Shown one piece after another: positions 8,125 to 17,209 of a stretch of 64,000 nucleotides of DNA. The stretch is from Chitinophagales bacterium. GTDB taxonomy: Bacteria > Bacteroidota > Bacteroidia > Chitinophagales > CAIODY01. How positions within the stretch are numbered: the first letter of the stretch is position 1; each line of letters starts with the position of its first letter. Location: NCBI GenBank assembly GCA_947452995.1, contig CANGEV010000010.1, forward strand, positions 4,182-68,181. The letters are read 5' to 3'. The notes below the pieces were generated by a model, which was given only the letters and a program-made list of their open reading frames with translations, was not told the origin of the DNA and searched no databases. Both the position numbers and the translations under genes were made by a program.

Positions 8125-9432
8125 ATGCTGAACGCTTCTAATCATATTTTTGAAATAAATAAGAAAAGCAGTATCCGTTACTGGTTGCTTGCTTTGTTAC
8201 TAATCATTATTAGCTTATTGTTTCTTCCCTGGACACAACATATTCGTGCTGAAGGTGATGTTACGAGCTTGCTGCAAGAACAACGGCCACAAGAAGTTAA
8301 TGCACTTATTGCCGGTAGTATCAAAAAGTGGTTTGTTAAGGAAGGTGACTGGGTGAAGAAAGGAGATACCATCTTGCAACTAAGCGAAGTTAAAGCTGAA
8401 TATTTAGATCCTAAATTATTGGATAGAAACAAGCAACAAGTGGATGCTAAAATTAGCTCTGCTAAAGCTTATGAAGAAAAAATTGAAGCTACTGAACGTC
8501 AAATTCTAGCACTAAAAGAAGCACTTCGATTAAAAATTGCTCTGCTCGTTAACAAGAGTAGTCAATTAAACAATAAACTCGAAGCTGAACGTGTCGAATT
8601 AAGCGCTGCCGAAAATGAATTCAATTTGGCAAAAGACCAATACGACCGTTTGGAACGTTTATTTAAGCAAGGACTTGCGCCTCAAACACAATTACAACAA
8701 AGAGACGTTGCCTACAAAAACGCCAGCGCAAAGAAAATTGCCGTAACGAACAAACTTAGAATTTCTGAACAAGAAGTAGCTAATAATAATTTAGAACAAA
8801 GCTCTGCTGAACAAGAGTATGACGAAAAAATAAATAAGGCACTTGCTGAAAAATATCAAGCCTTGAGTGCCTTGGCAAGTACGGAAGCCGATATTAGTAA
8901 ACTAGAAAATACAGGTTCTAATTATGCTGTGCGAAATGGCATGTACTTTATAACAGCAACGCAAGATGGACAAGTAATTCAAGCTAAAAAGGGAGGTATT
9001 GGTGAAGTACTTAAAGAAGGAGAATGCGTCGCAAGTATTATACCTACTGATTTAACGCCGGCAGTGGAAATGTTTGTTAAGCCGGTCGATCTTCCACTCG
9101 TACAAGTTGGTCAGCCTGTCAGCCTTTGGTTTGATGGTTTTCCTACTATCGTTTTTAGTGGATGGCCTAAAGCTAGCTACGGTATATATTACGGCTTCGT
9201 AAGTTCTGTCGAATCTTCCATTTCTGAAAATGGAAAATATCGTGTACTAGTACGCCAAGATGCGAAGTCGCGCCCTTGGCCAACGCAACTGAATATGGGT
9301 GTTGGGGCCAATTGTATCGCTCTCCTAAAAGATGTACCTATTTGGTATGAATTATGGCGTACCATCAACGGATTCCCCCCTGATTTTTATGGAAGTACTA
9401 AAAAATATAAAAATGAAAAGAGTAAGAAATAG
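8125..9432 (+). CDS. HlyD-family membrane fusion (periplasmic adaptor) protein
   Basis: 435 aa with one N-terminal TM helix. It has a lipoyl-like hairpin (IKKWFVKEGDWVKKGDTILQL), a long coiled coil and a C-terminal beta-barrel region. The gene starts 1 nt after the ABC stop codon. Confidence 0.85.
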   Translation: MLNASNHIFEINKKSSIRYWLLALLLIIISLLFLPWTQHIRAEGDVTSLLQEQRPQEVNALIAGSIKKWFVKEGDWVKKGDTILQLSEVKAEYLDPKLLDRNKQQVDAKISSAKAYEEKIEATERQILALKEALRLKIALLVNKSSQLNNKLEAERVELSAAENEFNLAKDQYDRLERLFKQGLAPQTQLQQRDVAYKNASAKKIAVTNKLRISEQEVANNNLEQSSAEQEYDEKINKALAEKYQALSALASTEADISKLENTGSNYAVRNGMYFITATQDGQVIQAKKGGIGEVLKEGECVASIIPTDLTPAVEMFVKPVDLPLVQVGQPVSLWFDGFPTIVFSGWPKASYGIYYGFVSSVESSISENGKYRVLVRQDAKSRPWPTQLNMGVGANCIALLKDVPIWYELWRTINGFPPDFYGSTKKYKNEKSKK

Positions 9433-10801
9433 CATTTTATTTTTATGTATTCTTTCGATTAATTTCGCCTGGGCACAAAATAAAACACTTAGTTGGGATG
9501 AATTCAAAACAGCAATACAACAATATCACCCCATCGCCCAAAGAGCTGATCTATTGCCTAAATATGCGCAAGCAGAAGTAGGACTAGCACGTGCGGCCTT
9601 CGATCCGCTAATAGAAGCAGCGCAGAGTGAAAAATATTTGCAAAATGTGCAATATTACGCGACACAAAATATCGCATTGAAATTACCCCTTTGGTATGGT
9701 ATAGACGTAACTACCGGAACGGATAATCTATTAGGACAACGCCTTAACCCAAGTGATACCAAAGGTGAGCTGTATTATGTTGGTGCCAACGTTTCATTAC
9801 TGCGTAATCTAATCACCGACAAACGTCGTACAGCACTTCGTCAGGCCTATCTATCCGAAGAAATGAGCCAACTTGAAAGGCAAGTTGTTTTGAACGACCT
9901 CTTGATGGATGCAGCACAGGTTTATTGGGAATGGACAAAATTATATGCCAACAGAAAGATAATCACAGAAGGCGTTACTAATCTGCAGCAACGTTTACAA
10001 TTCATACATGAAAATATCGTGCATGGCGAGCGAGCGGTTATCGATTCTATTGAATTGGAAGCTACCTTACAAAGTTTCCTAACGAAACGAAATCAAGCTG
10101 AACTAGAATGGCAAAATGCACGCCTCCAAATTTCTGCTTTTCTTTGGCGAATGGATGGACAGTCGTATGAACTTCCTGCAGATGTAAACCCATTCTACGA
10201 CCTTACCCAATTTACTAGTGAAGAAATCTTCGGCTTGCGTAAGCAAAGTCTGCAGGCTGATCCCAACAATCATCCGAGTATTTTTTGGTACGACAAAAAA
10301 ATTGGTCAGCTCAACCTCGATCAAAAATTGAAACGTCAAGAATTATTACCGAAGCTCGATTTGAAATATAATTATTGGATGAAAGCAAATTATCCTGCAA
10401 ACGCTTATAGTAACTACACGTTCGGGATGCAATTTCAAATGCCTCTCACCTTGGCATTTAGCAGAAACCAACTTAAAACGGTTAATCTAAAGTTGAAAGA
10501 AGCCGAGTTAATGAAACAGGATAAGCAGCGTCAAGTAAATCTTAAATACCAATCCTATTTAAATGAGGCAAGCTATCTCGCGCAGCAATTGAAAGCACAA
10601 GAGGCCGCCGCAGTAGCGAATAAAATGTTACTAGATGCAGAACGACAAAAATTTACTATTGGTGAAAGTTCGGTTTTTATGATTAACCAACGTGAACAGA
10701 AATATTTGGAGTCGCTCGAAAAATTAATTGAATTAAAGTCAAAAACATTGAAAGTAAATCAGTCACTTCTATGGGCGCTAGGTCTTTTGCCTACTCCTTA
10801 A
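9413..10801 (+). CDS. TolC-family outer-membrane efflux protein
   Basis: The in-frame ATG at 9413 gives MKRVRNSILFLCILSINFAWAQ (signal peptide), followed by duplicated TolC-like coiled-coil repeats. It overlaps the HlyD gene end by 20 nt. Confidence 0.85.
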   Translation: MKRVRNSILFLCILSINFAWAQNKTLSWDEFKTAIQQYHPIAQRADLLPKYAQAEVGLARAAFDPLIEAAQSEKYLQNVQYYATQNIALKLPLWYGIDVTTGTDNLLGQRLNPSDTKGELYYVGANVSLLRNLITDKRRTALRQAYLSEEMSQLERQVVLNDLLMDAAQVYWEWTKLYANRKIITEGVTNLQQRLQFIHENIVHGERAVIDSIELEATLQSFLTKRNQAELEWQNARLQISAFLWRMDGQSYELPADVNPFYDLTQFTSEEIFGLRKQSLQADPNNHPSIFWYDKKIGQLNLDQKLKRQELLPKLDLKYNYWMKANYPANAYSNYTFGMQFQMPLTLAFSRNQLKTVNLKLKEAELMKQDKQRQVNLKYQSYLNEASYLAQQLKAQEAAAVANKMLLDAERQKFTIGESSVFMINQREQKYLESLEKLIELKSKTLKVNQSLLWALGLLPTP

Positions 10802-10819
10802 TCTTGACTTAACAATTTC

Positions 10820-10852
10820 CTTGAATTCAATTGCATGAATTGATTACCTTTG
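10820..10852 (+). promoter_or_regulatory. Candidate promoter (-7 TACCTTTG at 10845-10852; weak -33 TTG at 10821-10823)
   Basis: There is an exact TAnnTTTG match. The spacing to the upstream TTG is 21 nt. Confidence 0.4.
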
Positions 10853-10856
10853 AATC

Positions 10857-11192
10857 GTGAGGCGTCCAACTTTTTTAAAAAATATTGCCCCAACGCTTTT
10901 GTCGTTAATCCTGTTGATCATGGTAGGTCAGCAGATACGATTCGTGTATTTGAATGTTGATTCGTATTTATATGAAAATATTAGTGAAGATTGTAGTGAA
11001 GATGAAGACGCGGATGAAAGTAACTCCTTAGAGTTTTTTAAGCTTATAGAGCAAGATAAGTGTTTATTGGATAACACATTTTTATTGACAGCCATTAGTG
11101 CACGATTTAAATCGTATTCTAATAGAACTGATTCTATATCTATTAAATCAGTCGTGGGTGCAATTGACGCACCGCCACCAGAACAAGCTTAA
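10857..11192 (+). CDS. Hypothetical acidic protein; coding status and start uncertain
   Basis: The ORF is 111 aa from GTG 10857, but that GTG lies only 4 nt after the -7 element, so an ATG at 10920 (90 aa) is more plausible. I recognise no family. Confidence 0.25.
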   Translation: MRRPTFLKNIAPTLLSLILLIMVGQQIRFVYLNVDSYLYENISEDCSEDEDADESNSLEFFKLIEQDKCLLDNTFLLTAISARFKSYSNRTDSISIKSVVGAIDAPPPEQA

Positions 11193-11240
11193 GTACTAAT
11201 TCGTATTTAAATTTTTGTTCATTTTTTTAATTAAATTTTA

Positions 11241-12815
11241 ATGATTGATTTCAAATCGATCAAACCGAATTTGTCTTCTGGCTTGGTTGTCTTTTTTGTA
11301 GCAATACCTTTATGTCTTGGTATTGCGCTCGCTTCGGGCGCACCTCTTTTTTCGGGGATGATTGCTGGAGTAATCGGTGGTCTTGTAATAGGCTCCTTAA
11401 GCAAATCGCCGCTCAGTGTCAGCGGGCCCGCAGCCGGTTTAACCGCAATTGTTTTCGTCGCTATTCAACAAATAGGATCTTATAATGCCTTTTTATTAGC
11501 CGTCGTTCTTGCTGGGGCATTACAAATGTTACTCGGGCTTATAAGAGCTGGAATTGTCGCTAATTTCTTTCCTAGCAACGTCATTAAAGGAATGCTTAGC
11601 GGTATCGGCATTATCATTATTCTAAAACAAATCCCACATTTATTCGGCTACGATCAAGATACGGAAGGAGATCTGTATTTCTTGCAAGCAGATGGAGATA
11701 ATACCTTCTCTGCATTACTAGAGCCTCTGACACATATTCAGCTAGGTGCCGTATTTATTGGCATTCTTGCTGTTGCTGTCATTTTACTTTGGGATAAATA
11801 TCGCCCTAAGCAACTTTACTTTTTGCCAGGCGCTCTCTTTGCCGTTATAATAGGTGCGGTCGTAAATTATTTCTTTATCGTAACGGGTAATGCTTGGGCC
11901 TTATCAGGGAAACATCTTGTGCAGTTGCCTATTATTAGCGATTTCTCCGCATTGAAAAAAGAACTGTTCTTCCCAGATTTTTCAGCGATAACCAATAAGT
12001 CGGTTTGGTCGGCTGCTATCGTGCTTGCTGTCGTAGCCTCTATCGAAACACTATTAAGTATTGAAGCGATTGATAAAATGGATCCGCAACGTAGAGCGAC
12101 ACCAGTTAATCGTGAACTACTTGCACAAGGAACAGGTAATATCCTATCAGGTTTAATAGGTGGACTACCCGTTACATCTGTGATTGTTAGAAGTTCTGCG
12201 AATATGAATGCAGGCGCCACCTCCAAAGTATCAGCTATCTTTCACGGATTGCTTCTTGTAAGCTGCACTTTGCTTATCCCCAATGTCTTAAACCTAATCC
12301 CAATTAGTGCATTAGCGGCCATTTTATTACTCACAGGCTATAAATTAACGAGCTTAAAAATCTATAAAGAAATGTTCGCAAAGGGGAAATACCAATGGGT
12401 GCCTTTTGTGGTTACGATTCTCGCTGTTGTATTCACAGATTTGCTTAAAGGAGTTGGCGTAGGCTTAGCCGTTAGCATATTCGCAATTCTCTGGGGTAAT
12501 TTTAAAGTTCCTTATAAAATGCGCACCATATTGGCCGACGGAAAGCACACCTTGCATCTTTTGCTTTCCCAAGAAATTAGCTTCATCAACAAGGCGGCTA
12601 TTAAATCTTGCCTAGCCGATGTCCCTAATAATACCCATGTTGAAATTGATGCTTCTCATACCAAATATATCGATTTCGATGTTCTTGAATCTATACGCGA
12701 ATTCAATGAGATTATCGCACCTCAAAAAGGAATTGCAGTCCGTTTAATCGGCTTTAAAGATTCATACGGCATTCAAAGCTCATTCCCTATTACAATCACC
12801 GAAACACAAGATTAG
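11241..12815 (+). CDS. SulP-family anion (sulfate/bicarbonate) transporter with C-terminal STAS domain
   Basis: 524 aa with multi-TM SulP motifs (PLCLGIALASGAP, GLIGGLPVTSVIVRSSANMNAGA). The C-terminal STAS-like region contains IDFDVLESIREF. Confidence 0.9.
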   Translation: MIDFKSIKPNLSSGLVVFFVAIPLCLGIALASGAPLFSGMIAGVIGGLVIGSLSKSPLSVSGPAAGLTAIVFVAIQQIGSYNAFLLAVVLAGALQMLLGLIRAGIVANFFPSNVIKGMLSGIGIIIILKQIPHLFGYDQDTEGDLYFLQADGDNTFSALLEPLTHIQLGAVFIGILAVAVILLWDKYRPKQLYFLPGALFAVIIGAVVNYFFIVTGNAWALSGKHLVQLPIISDFSALKKELFFPDFSAITNKSVWSAAIVLAVVASIETLLSIEAIDKMDPQRRATPVNRELLAQGTGNILSGLIGGLPVTSVIVRSSANMNAGATSKVSAIFHGLLLVSCTLLIPNVLNLIPISALAAILLLTGYKLTSLKIYKEMFAKGKYQWVPFVVTILAVVFTDLLKGVGVGLAVSIFAILWGNFKVPYKMRTILADGKHTLHLLLSQEISFINKAAIKSCLADVPNNTHVEIDASHTKYIDFDVLESIREFNEIIAPQKGIAVRLIGFKDSYGIQSSFPITITETQD

Positions 12816-12826
12816 AAAATCGTATT

Positions 12827-13441
12827 ATGTACACACACACGAAAGAATTTCGAGAGTCCGTAACCCCAAATCAAGTAATTGATCTTTTAAAAGATGGCAA
12901 TCAACGCTTCCTGAAAAATATGAAGCGTCATCGTGATAATCTTCAACTTGTAAATGATACCAAAGATGAACAACATCCTATTGCTGTTATTCTCAGTTGC
13001 ATCGACTCACGCACCGCAGCGGAGTTGATCTTTGATCAAGGCTTAGGTGATATTTTTAGCATACGCATCGCTGGTAATGTCGTTAATGAGGACATTTTAG
13101 GGAGTATGGAATTCGCCTGTAAAGTGGCCGGCGCAAAAGCAATCGTTATTCTAGGACATACCAATTGCGGCGCTATCAAAGGAGCGTGTCAAGATGTGCA
13201 TCTCGGTCATTTGAATGGTTTGATTTCTAAAATCAAGCCGGCCATTTTAGAATGTAAAGCACAAGATAAAACAGAGGTGGATCAGGTTGCTGAAACACAT
13301 GTACACCGAATGGTCAATGAAGTTTTAGGGCGCAGTAGCATCCTTAAACAAATGATTCAACAAAACGAAATAGCCTTGGTAGGAGGGATGTATTCGCTTG
13401 AAACGGGCGAAGTAAAATTCTTCGAACCAACACAGGCTTGA
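12827..13441 (+). CDS. Beta-class carbonic anhydrase
   Basis: 204 aa. The zinc-ligand motifs SCIDSR and GHTNCGA are present. Confidence 0.9.
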   Translation: MYTHTKEFRESVTPNQVIDLLKDGNQRFLKNMKRHRDNLQLVNDTKDEQHPIAVILSCIDSRTAAELIFDQGLGDIFSIRIAGNVVNEDILGSMEFACKVAGAKAIVILGHTNCGAIKGACQDVHLGHLNGLISKIKPAILECKAQDKTEVDQVAETHVHRMVNEVLGRSSILKQMIQQNEIALVGGMYSLETGEVKFFEPTQA

Positions 13442-13514
13442 TAAAATATGGTGGTCAGATATTTCCAATAGGAGATATCGGTTAATAGTGGGGAGGCGTG
13501 CTGCAAAGTATCGC

Positions 13515-13895
13515 TTATCCCCACTTTAATTTTTTCTTAGTATGCCCACCACTGTGCTTCTCCTGCTGATGCCCCCTGCGTTTACGCTTGACATAGGCCC
13601 TCTGGTGCCTACGCGTACTTTTATAATGCGAACGATACGTTCTATTCTCTTCCCGAATATTGTGCTTCGACTTTTTAAACGTTTGCTCCAACTGTCGTTG
13701 GGATAACTCATCCGTGGTTCTTTTTTTCCAGAACCAGTGTATCTTACGATGTTGCTTTTTGACTTTCTTCTTAGTAGGAGCTTTCTGTTGTTGCGTCGGA
13801 TCGATAAAGCCAGCTGGATCAGCCTGCTGTGCCATGGAGTGCCCAACCACACAAATGGAGAAGACAAAAAGAAAAAGTAAAAATTTGAAACGCAT
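13515..13895 (-). CDS. Secreted, extremely basic Lys/Arg/His-rich protein of unknown function
   Basis: From ATG 13895 the product begins MRFKFLLFLFVFSICVVGHSMAQ (signal peptide). About 100 aa follow that are dominated by K/R/H/Q (KKKVKKQHRKIHWFWKKR, RRHQRAYVKRKRRGHQQEKH). Confidence 0.45.
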   Translation of the reverse strand: MRFKFLLFLFVFSICVVGHSMAQQADPAGFIDPTQQQKAPTKKKVKKQHRKIHWFWKKRTTDELSQRQLEQTFKKSKHNIREENRTYRSHYKSTRRHQRAYVKRKRRGHQQEKHSGGHTKKKLKWG

Positions 13896-13914
13896 TCCTA
13901 AAAATAGCGATTCT

Positions 13915-14511
13915 TTATTGAGGCCAAACAATTTCTACCGCAATTTCATTACGACGACCGAAAATTTCAAACGGAGCATTATAACCTAAATAGATGAATT
14001 CACCTTTATAGGTAATATGTTCATCGGCCAAGGCTTTTTTGAGCTCGGCTATGTGCTTTTTAATGCGCTTGTCTGAAGCCCAGCCTCCGAAACTTATCAC
14101 CGCCATGTTTTGCTCAGGCTGCTTTTCGAATTGAATCGATTTGTTCATCGGTGCTGGCAAAGAATCCACCTGGTATTGCTGCGGCACCATAAAGGACATC
14201 TTTACCGTAGGTCCCATCTGCATAGCTACCGGAGCCGTCATGGCAATCGATTGCCCTTTTGCATTATTGCCAAAGATATAACCAGCCAATACACGGAAAC
14301 CTTTGCTTGCTGAACTGGAATAACTGCTATCACCCAATTGAACACTCGAATAAAGTACCGAAGCGTAATGTCGTACCTCGAAATTGGCAAACTGACGTAG
14401 AATAGAATATGGGCGCTGCTCAATCTTTTTATATTCCTTTTTTGCCCAAACAAGTTTGTAGCTCAAAAAACATAAAATCAAGACGCCGAAAATAAAAAGT
14501 ATAGTTTTCAT
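13915..14511 (-). CDS. SOUL heme-binding family protein
   Basis: 198 aa with an N-terminal TM/signal. SOUL-like motifs are present: EQRPYSILRQFANFEVRHY, GFRVLAGYIFGNN, IAMTAPV. Confidence 0.75.
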   Translation of the reverse strand: MKTILFIFGVLILCFLSYKLVWAKKEYKKIEQRPYSILRQFANFEVRHYASVLYSSVQLGDSSYSSSASKGFRVLAGYIFGNNAKGQSIAMTAPVAMQMGPTVKMSFMVPQQYQVDSLPAPMNKSIQFEKQPEQNMAVISFGGWASDKRIKKHIAELKKALADEHITYKGEFIYLGYNAPFEIFGRRNEIAVEIVWPQ

Positions 14512-14649
14512 AGTATCTTAAACGTAAAATCGCAGGTTTTGTTTCGTTTTTGGCCAAAAAACTACTATTTTTCTTCATCGAAGCCGGCGCAAGTGTGTTA
14601 ATTTTTGTCTTTTGTTTCTTATCTTCGCGCTTCGAAAAACTAAACAACT

Positions 14650-15213
14650 ATGGCTACAACTGCCGACATTAAAAAAGGTCTTTGTATTAAATTCAAAGAC
14701 GATCTTTGGACAATCACCGATTTCCAACACCATAAGCCTGGTAAAGGTGGTGCTTTCATGCGTACTCGTTTGAAAAGCGTAACCTCTGGCAAAACATTGG
14801 ATCATACCTTCAGCTCTGGCGAAAATATCGATATTCAATCTATCTCTCGTCGTAAATTCCAATTTACCTACAAAGACGAAACTGGATACAATTTCATGGA
14901 TAATGAAACCTTCGAACAAATCACGTTGCAAGAAGATGAAATCGAAGGCGTAGCCTTCATGAAAGATGGTCAAGAAGTAGAAGTAATGATTCATGACGAA
15001 ACGGAAAAATCATTGTTCGCAGAGCTTCCAGCTTTCGTTAATTTAATGATCACTTACACAGAACCAGGTCTTCGTGGTGATACTGCTACCAATACGCTTA
15101 AACAAGCCACTTTGGAAACAGGAGCTACGGTGAATGTACCTCTTTTCGTAGAAAACGAAACGATGATCAAAATTGATACTCGTACCGGCGACTACGTTGA
15201 ACGCGTTAAATAA
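14650..15213 (+). CDS. efp: Elongation factor P
   Basis: 187 aa. The sequence HHKPGKGGAFMRTRLKSVTSGK is the EF-P signature loop. Confidence 0.97.
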   Translation: MATTADIKKGLCIKFKDDLWTITDFQHHKPGKGGAFMRTRLKSVTSGKTLDHTFSSGENIDIQSISRRKFQFTYKDETGYNFMDNETFEQITLQEDEIEGVAFMKDGQEVEVMIHDETEKSLFAELPAFVNLMITYTEPGLRGDTATNTLKQATLETGATVNVPLFVENETMIKIDTRTGDYVERVK

Positions 15214-15245
15214 TTTATTCTCATAAACCTCAAATATTCTTTGTT

Positions 15246-15713
15246 ATGGAATTAAAAGAGATTCAAGAGTTGATCAAAATGTTCGATAAGAGCAAATTAG
15301 GTGAACTTAGTATCGAAAATGGTGATTTCAAATTGTCTTTGAAAACGAAAGAACAAGAAATCGTTCAGATGATGGCTACTGCGCCTATGATGGCCGCTCC
15401 TGTAGCGCCTGTAATGGCTTCGGCACCAGCACCAGTAGCTGCTGCTCCTGCTGCTACGCCAGCTCCTGCAGCAACTGCGGGTACTTCCATCAAGTCGCCA
15501 ATGGTAGGAACATTCTACCGTAGCGCTGGTCCGGATAAACCACCTTTTATAAAGCCAGGTGATAAAGTGACTAAAGGTCAAGTGATCTGCATCATCGAAG
15601 CGATGAAGCTTTTCAACGAAATCGAAGCTGAAATGGATGGTACAATCGTAAAGGTATTGGTGGATGACGCCTCTCCTGTAGAATACGATCAGCCTTTGTT
15701 CATTATTGAATAA
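15246..15713 (+). CDS. accB: Acetyl-CoA carboxylase biotin carboxyl carrier protein
   Basis: 155 aa with an Ala/Pro linker. The biotinyl-lysine motif IEAMKLFNEIEAE is present. Confidence 0.95.
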   Translation: MELKEIQELIKMFDKSKLGELSIENGDFKLSLKTKEQEIVQMMATAPMMAAPVAPVMASAPAPVAAAPAATPAPAATAGTSIKSPMVGTFYRSAGPDKPPFIKPGDKVTKGQVICIIEAMKLFNEIEAEMDGTIVKVLVDDASPVEYDQPLFIIE

Positions 15714-15780
15714 TTTTTTACGCAAAAGCCGTTAAGCAAATAGTTTGACGGCTTCTGTGTTTTATTTAAATAGCTTTTGC

Positions 15781-17124
15781 ATGTTTAAAAAAATATTAAT
15801 CGCCAACCGCGGTGAAATCGCTTTGCGTATCATCCGTACCTGTAAAGAAATGGGTATTAAAACGGTTGCTGTTTACTCTACCGCCGATAAAGATAGTTTG
15901 CATGTCCGCTTTGCTGACGAAGCTGTTTGTATCGGTAAGCCTGCTGGAAAGGATTCTTATTTGAATATCCCGAACCTCATGGCTGCAGCAGAAATCACCG
16001 GCGTAGACGCTATCCACCCCGGTTATGGCTTCTTGGCTGAAAATGCCAAATTCGCTGAAATCTGCCAACAATATAAAATCAAATTTATCGGGCCAACACC
16101 TGAGATGATTCGTAAAATGGGTGATAAAATCACTGCCAAAGATACGATGATCAAAGCAGGAGTGCCATGTATTCCTGGTTCTGAAGGTTTGGTGGAAAGT
16201 GTTGAACAAGGCAAACAACTCGCGGACGCTATGGGCTACCCTGTCATCATCAAAGCAACTGCAGGTGGTGGTGGTAAAGGTATGCGTATCGTTTGGAGTG
16301 GCGACGAATTCGAAAAGCAAATGAATACCGCGCAAACGGAAGCAGGTGCTGCCTTCGGTAATAGCGGTGTCTATATCGAAAAATATATTGAAGAACCACG
16401 CCATATCGAAATTCAAATCGCTGGCGACCAGTTCGGAAACGTATGTCACCTTTCGGAACGTGATTGCTCTATCCAACGTCGTCACCAAAAATTAGTAGAA
16501 GAAAGCCCGTCTCCATTCATGACTCCCGAACTTCGTGAGAAAATGGGGGATGCAGCCTGCAAAGCTGCTGGCGCAATCAACTACGAAAGCGTGGGTACCA
16601 TCGAATTCCTCGTTGATAAACATCGCAACTTCTACTTCATGGAGATGAATACACGTATCCAAGTAGAACACGGGGTTACCGAAGAAGTAATCAACTACGA
16701 TTTGATTAAAGAACAAATCAAAATCGCTGCCGGTGAACGCATCTCTGGTAAAAACTATATTCCTGAAATGCATGCCATCGAATGCCGTATCAATGCAGAA
16801 GACGTTTATAACGACTTCCGCCCTTGTCCTGGTAAAATCACCACACTTCACGTGCCTGGTGGTCACGGCGTGCGTATCGACTCGCATATCTATGCGGGCT
16901 ATGTGATCCCACCTTACTACGATTCGATGATTGCTAAAATCATCACGATTGCACAAACACGTGAAGAAGCCATCAATACGATGGAACGCGCGCTGAGTGA
17001 GTTCGTGGTAGAAGGCGTACAAACAACGATTCCTTTTCATCAACAATTGATGCGTAACGAAGACTTCCGTAAAGGCAACTTCACGACTAAGTTCCTCGAA
17101 ACATTCAAAATGGAAAAACGATAA
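15781..17124 (+). CDS. accC: Acetyl-CoA carboxylase biotin carboxylase subunit
   Basis: ATG 15781 gives [19 protein letters not shown]. The ATP-grasp motifs ([20 protein letters not shown]) are present, and the 12 upstream codons in the track are not conserved-looking. Confidence 0.97.
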   Translation: MFKKILIANRGEIALRIIRTCKEMGIKTVAVYSTADKDSLHVRFADEAVCIGKPAGKDSYLNIPNLMAAAEITGVDAIHPGYGFLAENAKFAEICQQYKIKFIGPTPEMIRKMGDKITAKDTMIKAGVPCIPGSEGLVESVEQGKQLADAMGYPVIIKATAGGGGKGMRIVWSGDEFEKQMNTAQTEAGAAFGNSGVYIEKYIEEPRHIEIQIAGDQFGNVCHLSERDCSIQRRHQKLVEESPSPFMTPELREKMGDAACKAAGAINYESVGTIEFLVDKHRNFYFMEMNTRIQVEHGVTEEVINYDLIKEQIKIAAGERISGKNYIPEMHAIECRINAEDVYNDFRPCPGKITTLHVPGGHGVRIDSHIYAGYVIPPYYDSMIAKIITIAQTREEAINTMERALSEFVVEGVQTTIPFHQQLMRNEDFRKGNFTTKFLETFKMEKR

Positions 17125-17209
17125 GTCCGCAACGGGCTAAAAGATAAAGGTGTCTTTTCCATTCAGGATAAGGCACCTTTTTTTATTTTTACAATCAGAA
17201 ATCACTGTT

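Noticed and set aside
9332-9412. 27-codon N-terminal extension of the TolC-like ORF (MYLFGMNYGVPSTD...)
   Set aside because: The extension lies inside the HlyD gene in another frame. The internal ATG at 9413 yields a proper signal peptide.
11241-13441. The SulP transporter and beta-carbonic anhydrase pair as a novel carbon-concentrating system
   Set aside because: This gene pairing is common and already described across bacteria. Nothing unusual is visible in either sequence.
13526-13989. Alternative ORFs (113 aa on the minus strand, 109 aa on the plus strand) overlapping the basic-protein gene
   Set aside because: They overlap the frame that carries a proper signal peptide. The repetitive AAG/AAA/CGN composition keeps several frames open. 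Which frame is real is still worth checking.
15726-15754. Hairpin AGCCGT...ACGGCT between accB and accC as an intra-operon attenuator
   Set aside because: It has only a 6-7-bp stem with a 15-nt loop and a weak T-tract. accBC are normally co-transcribed, so the support is insufficient.
15297-17046. Long minus-strand ORFs (142, 230, 63 and 184 aa) opposite accB and accC
   Set aside because: They are shadow ORFs antisense to unmistakable, highly conserved genes. Their sequences are low-complexity and unlike any known protein.
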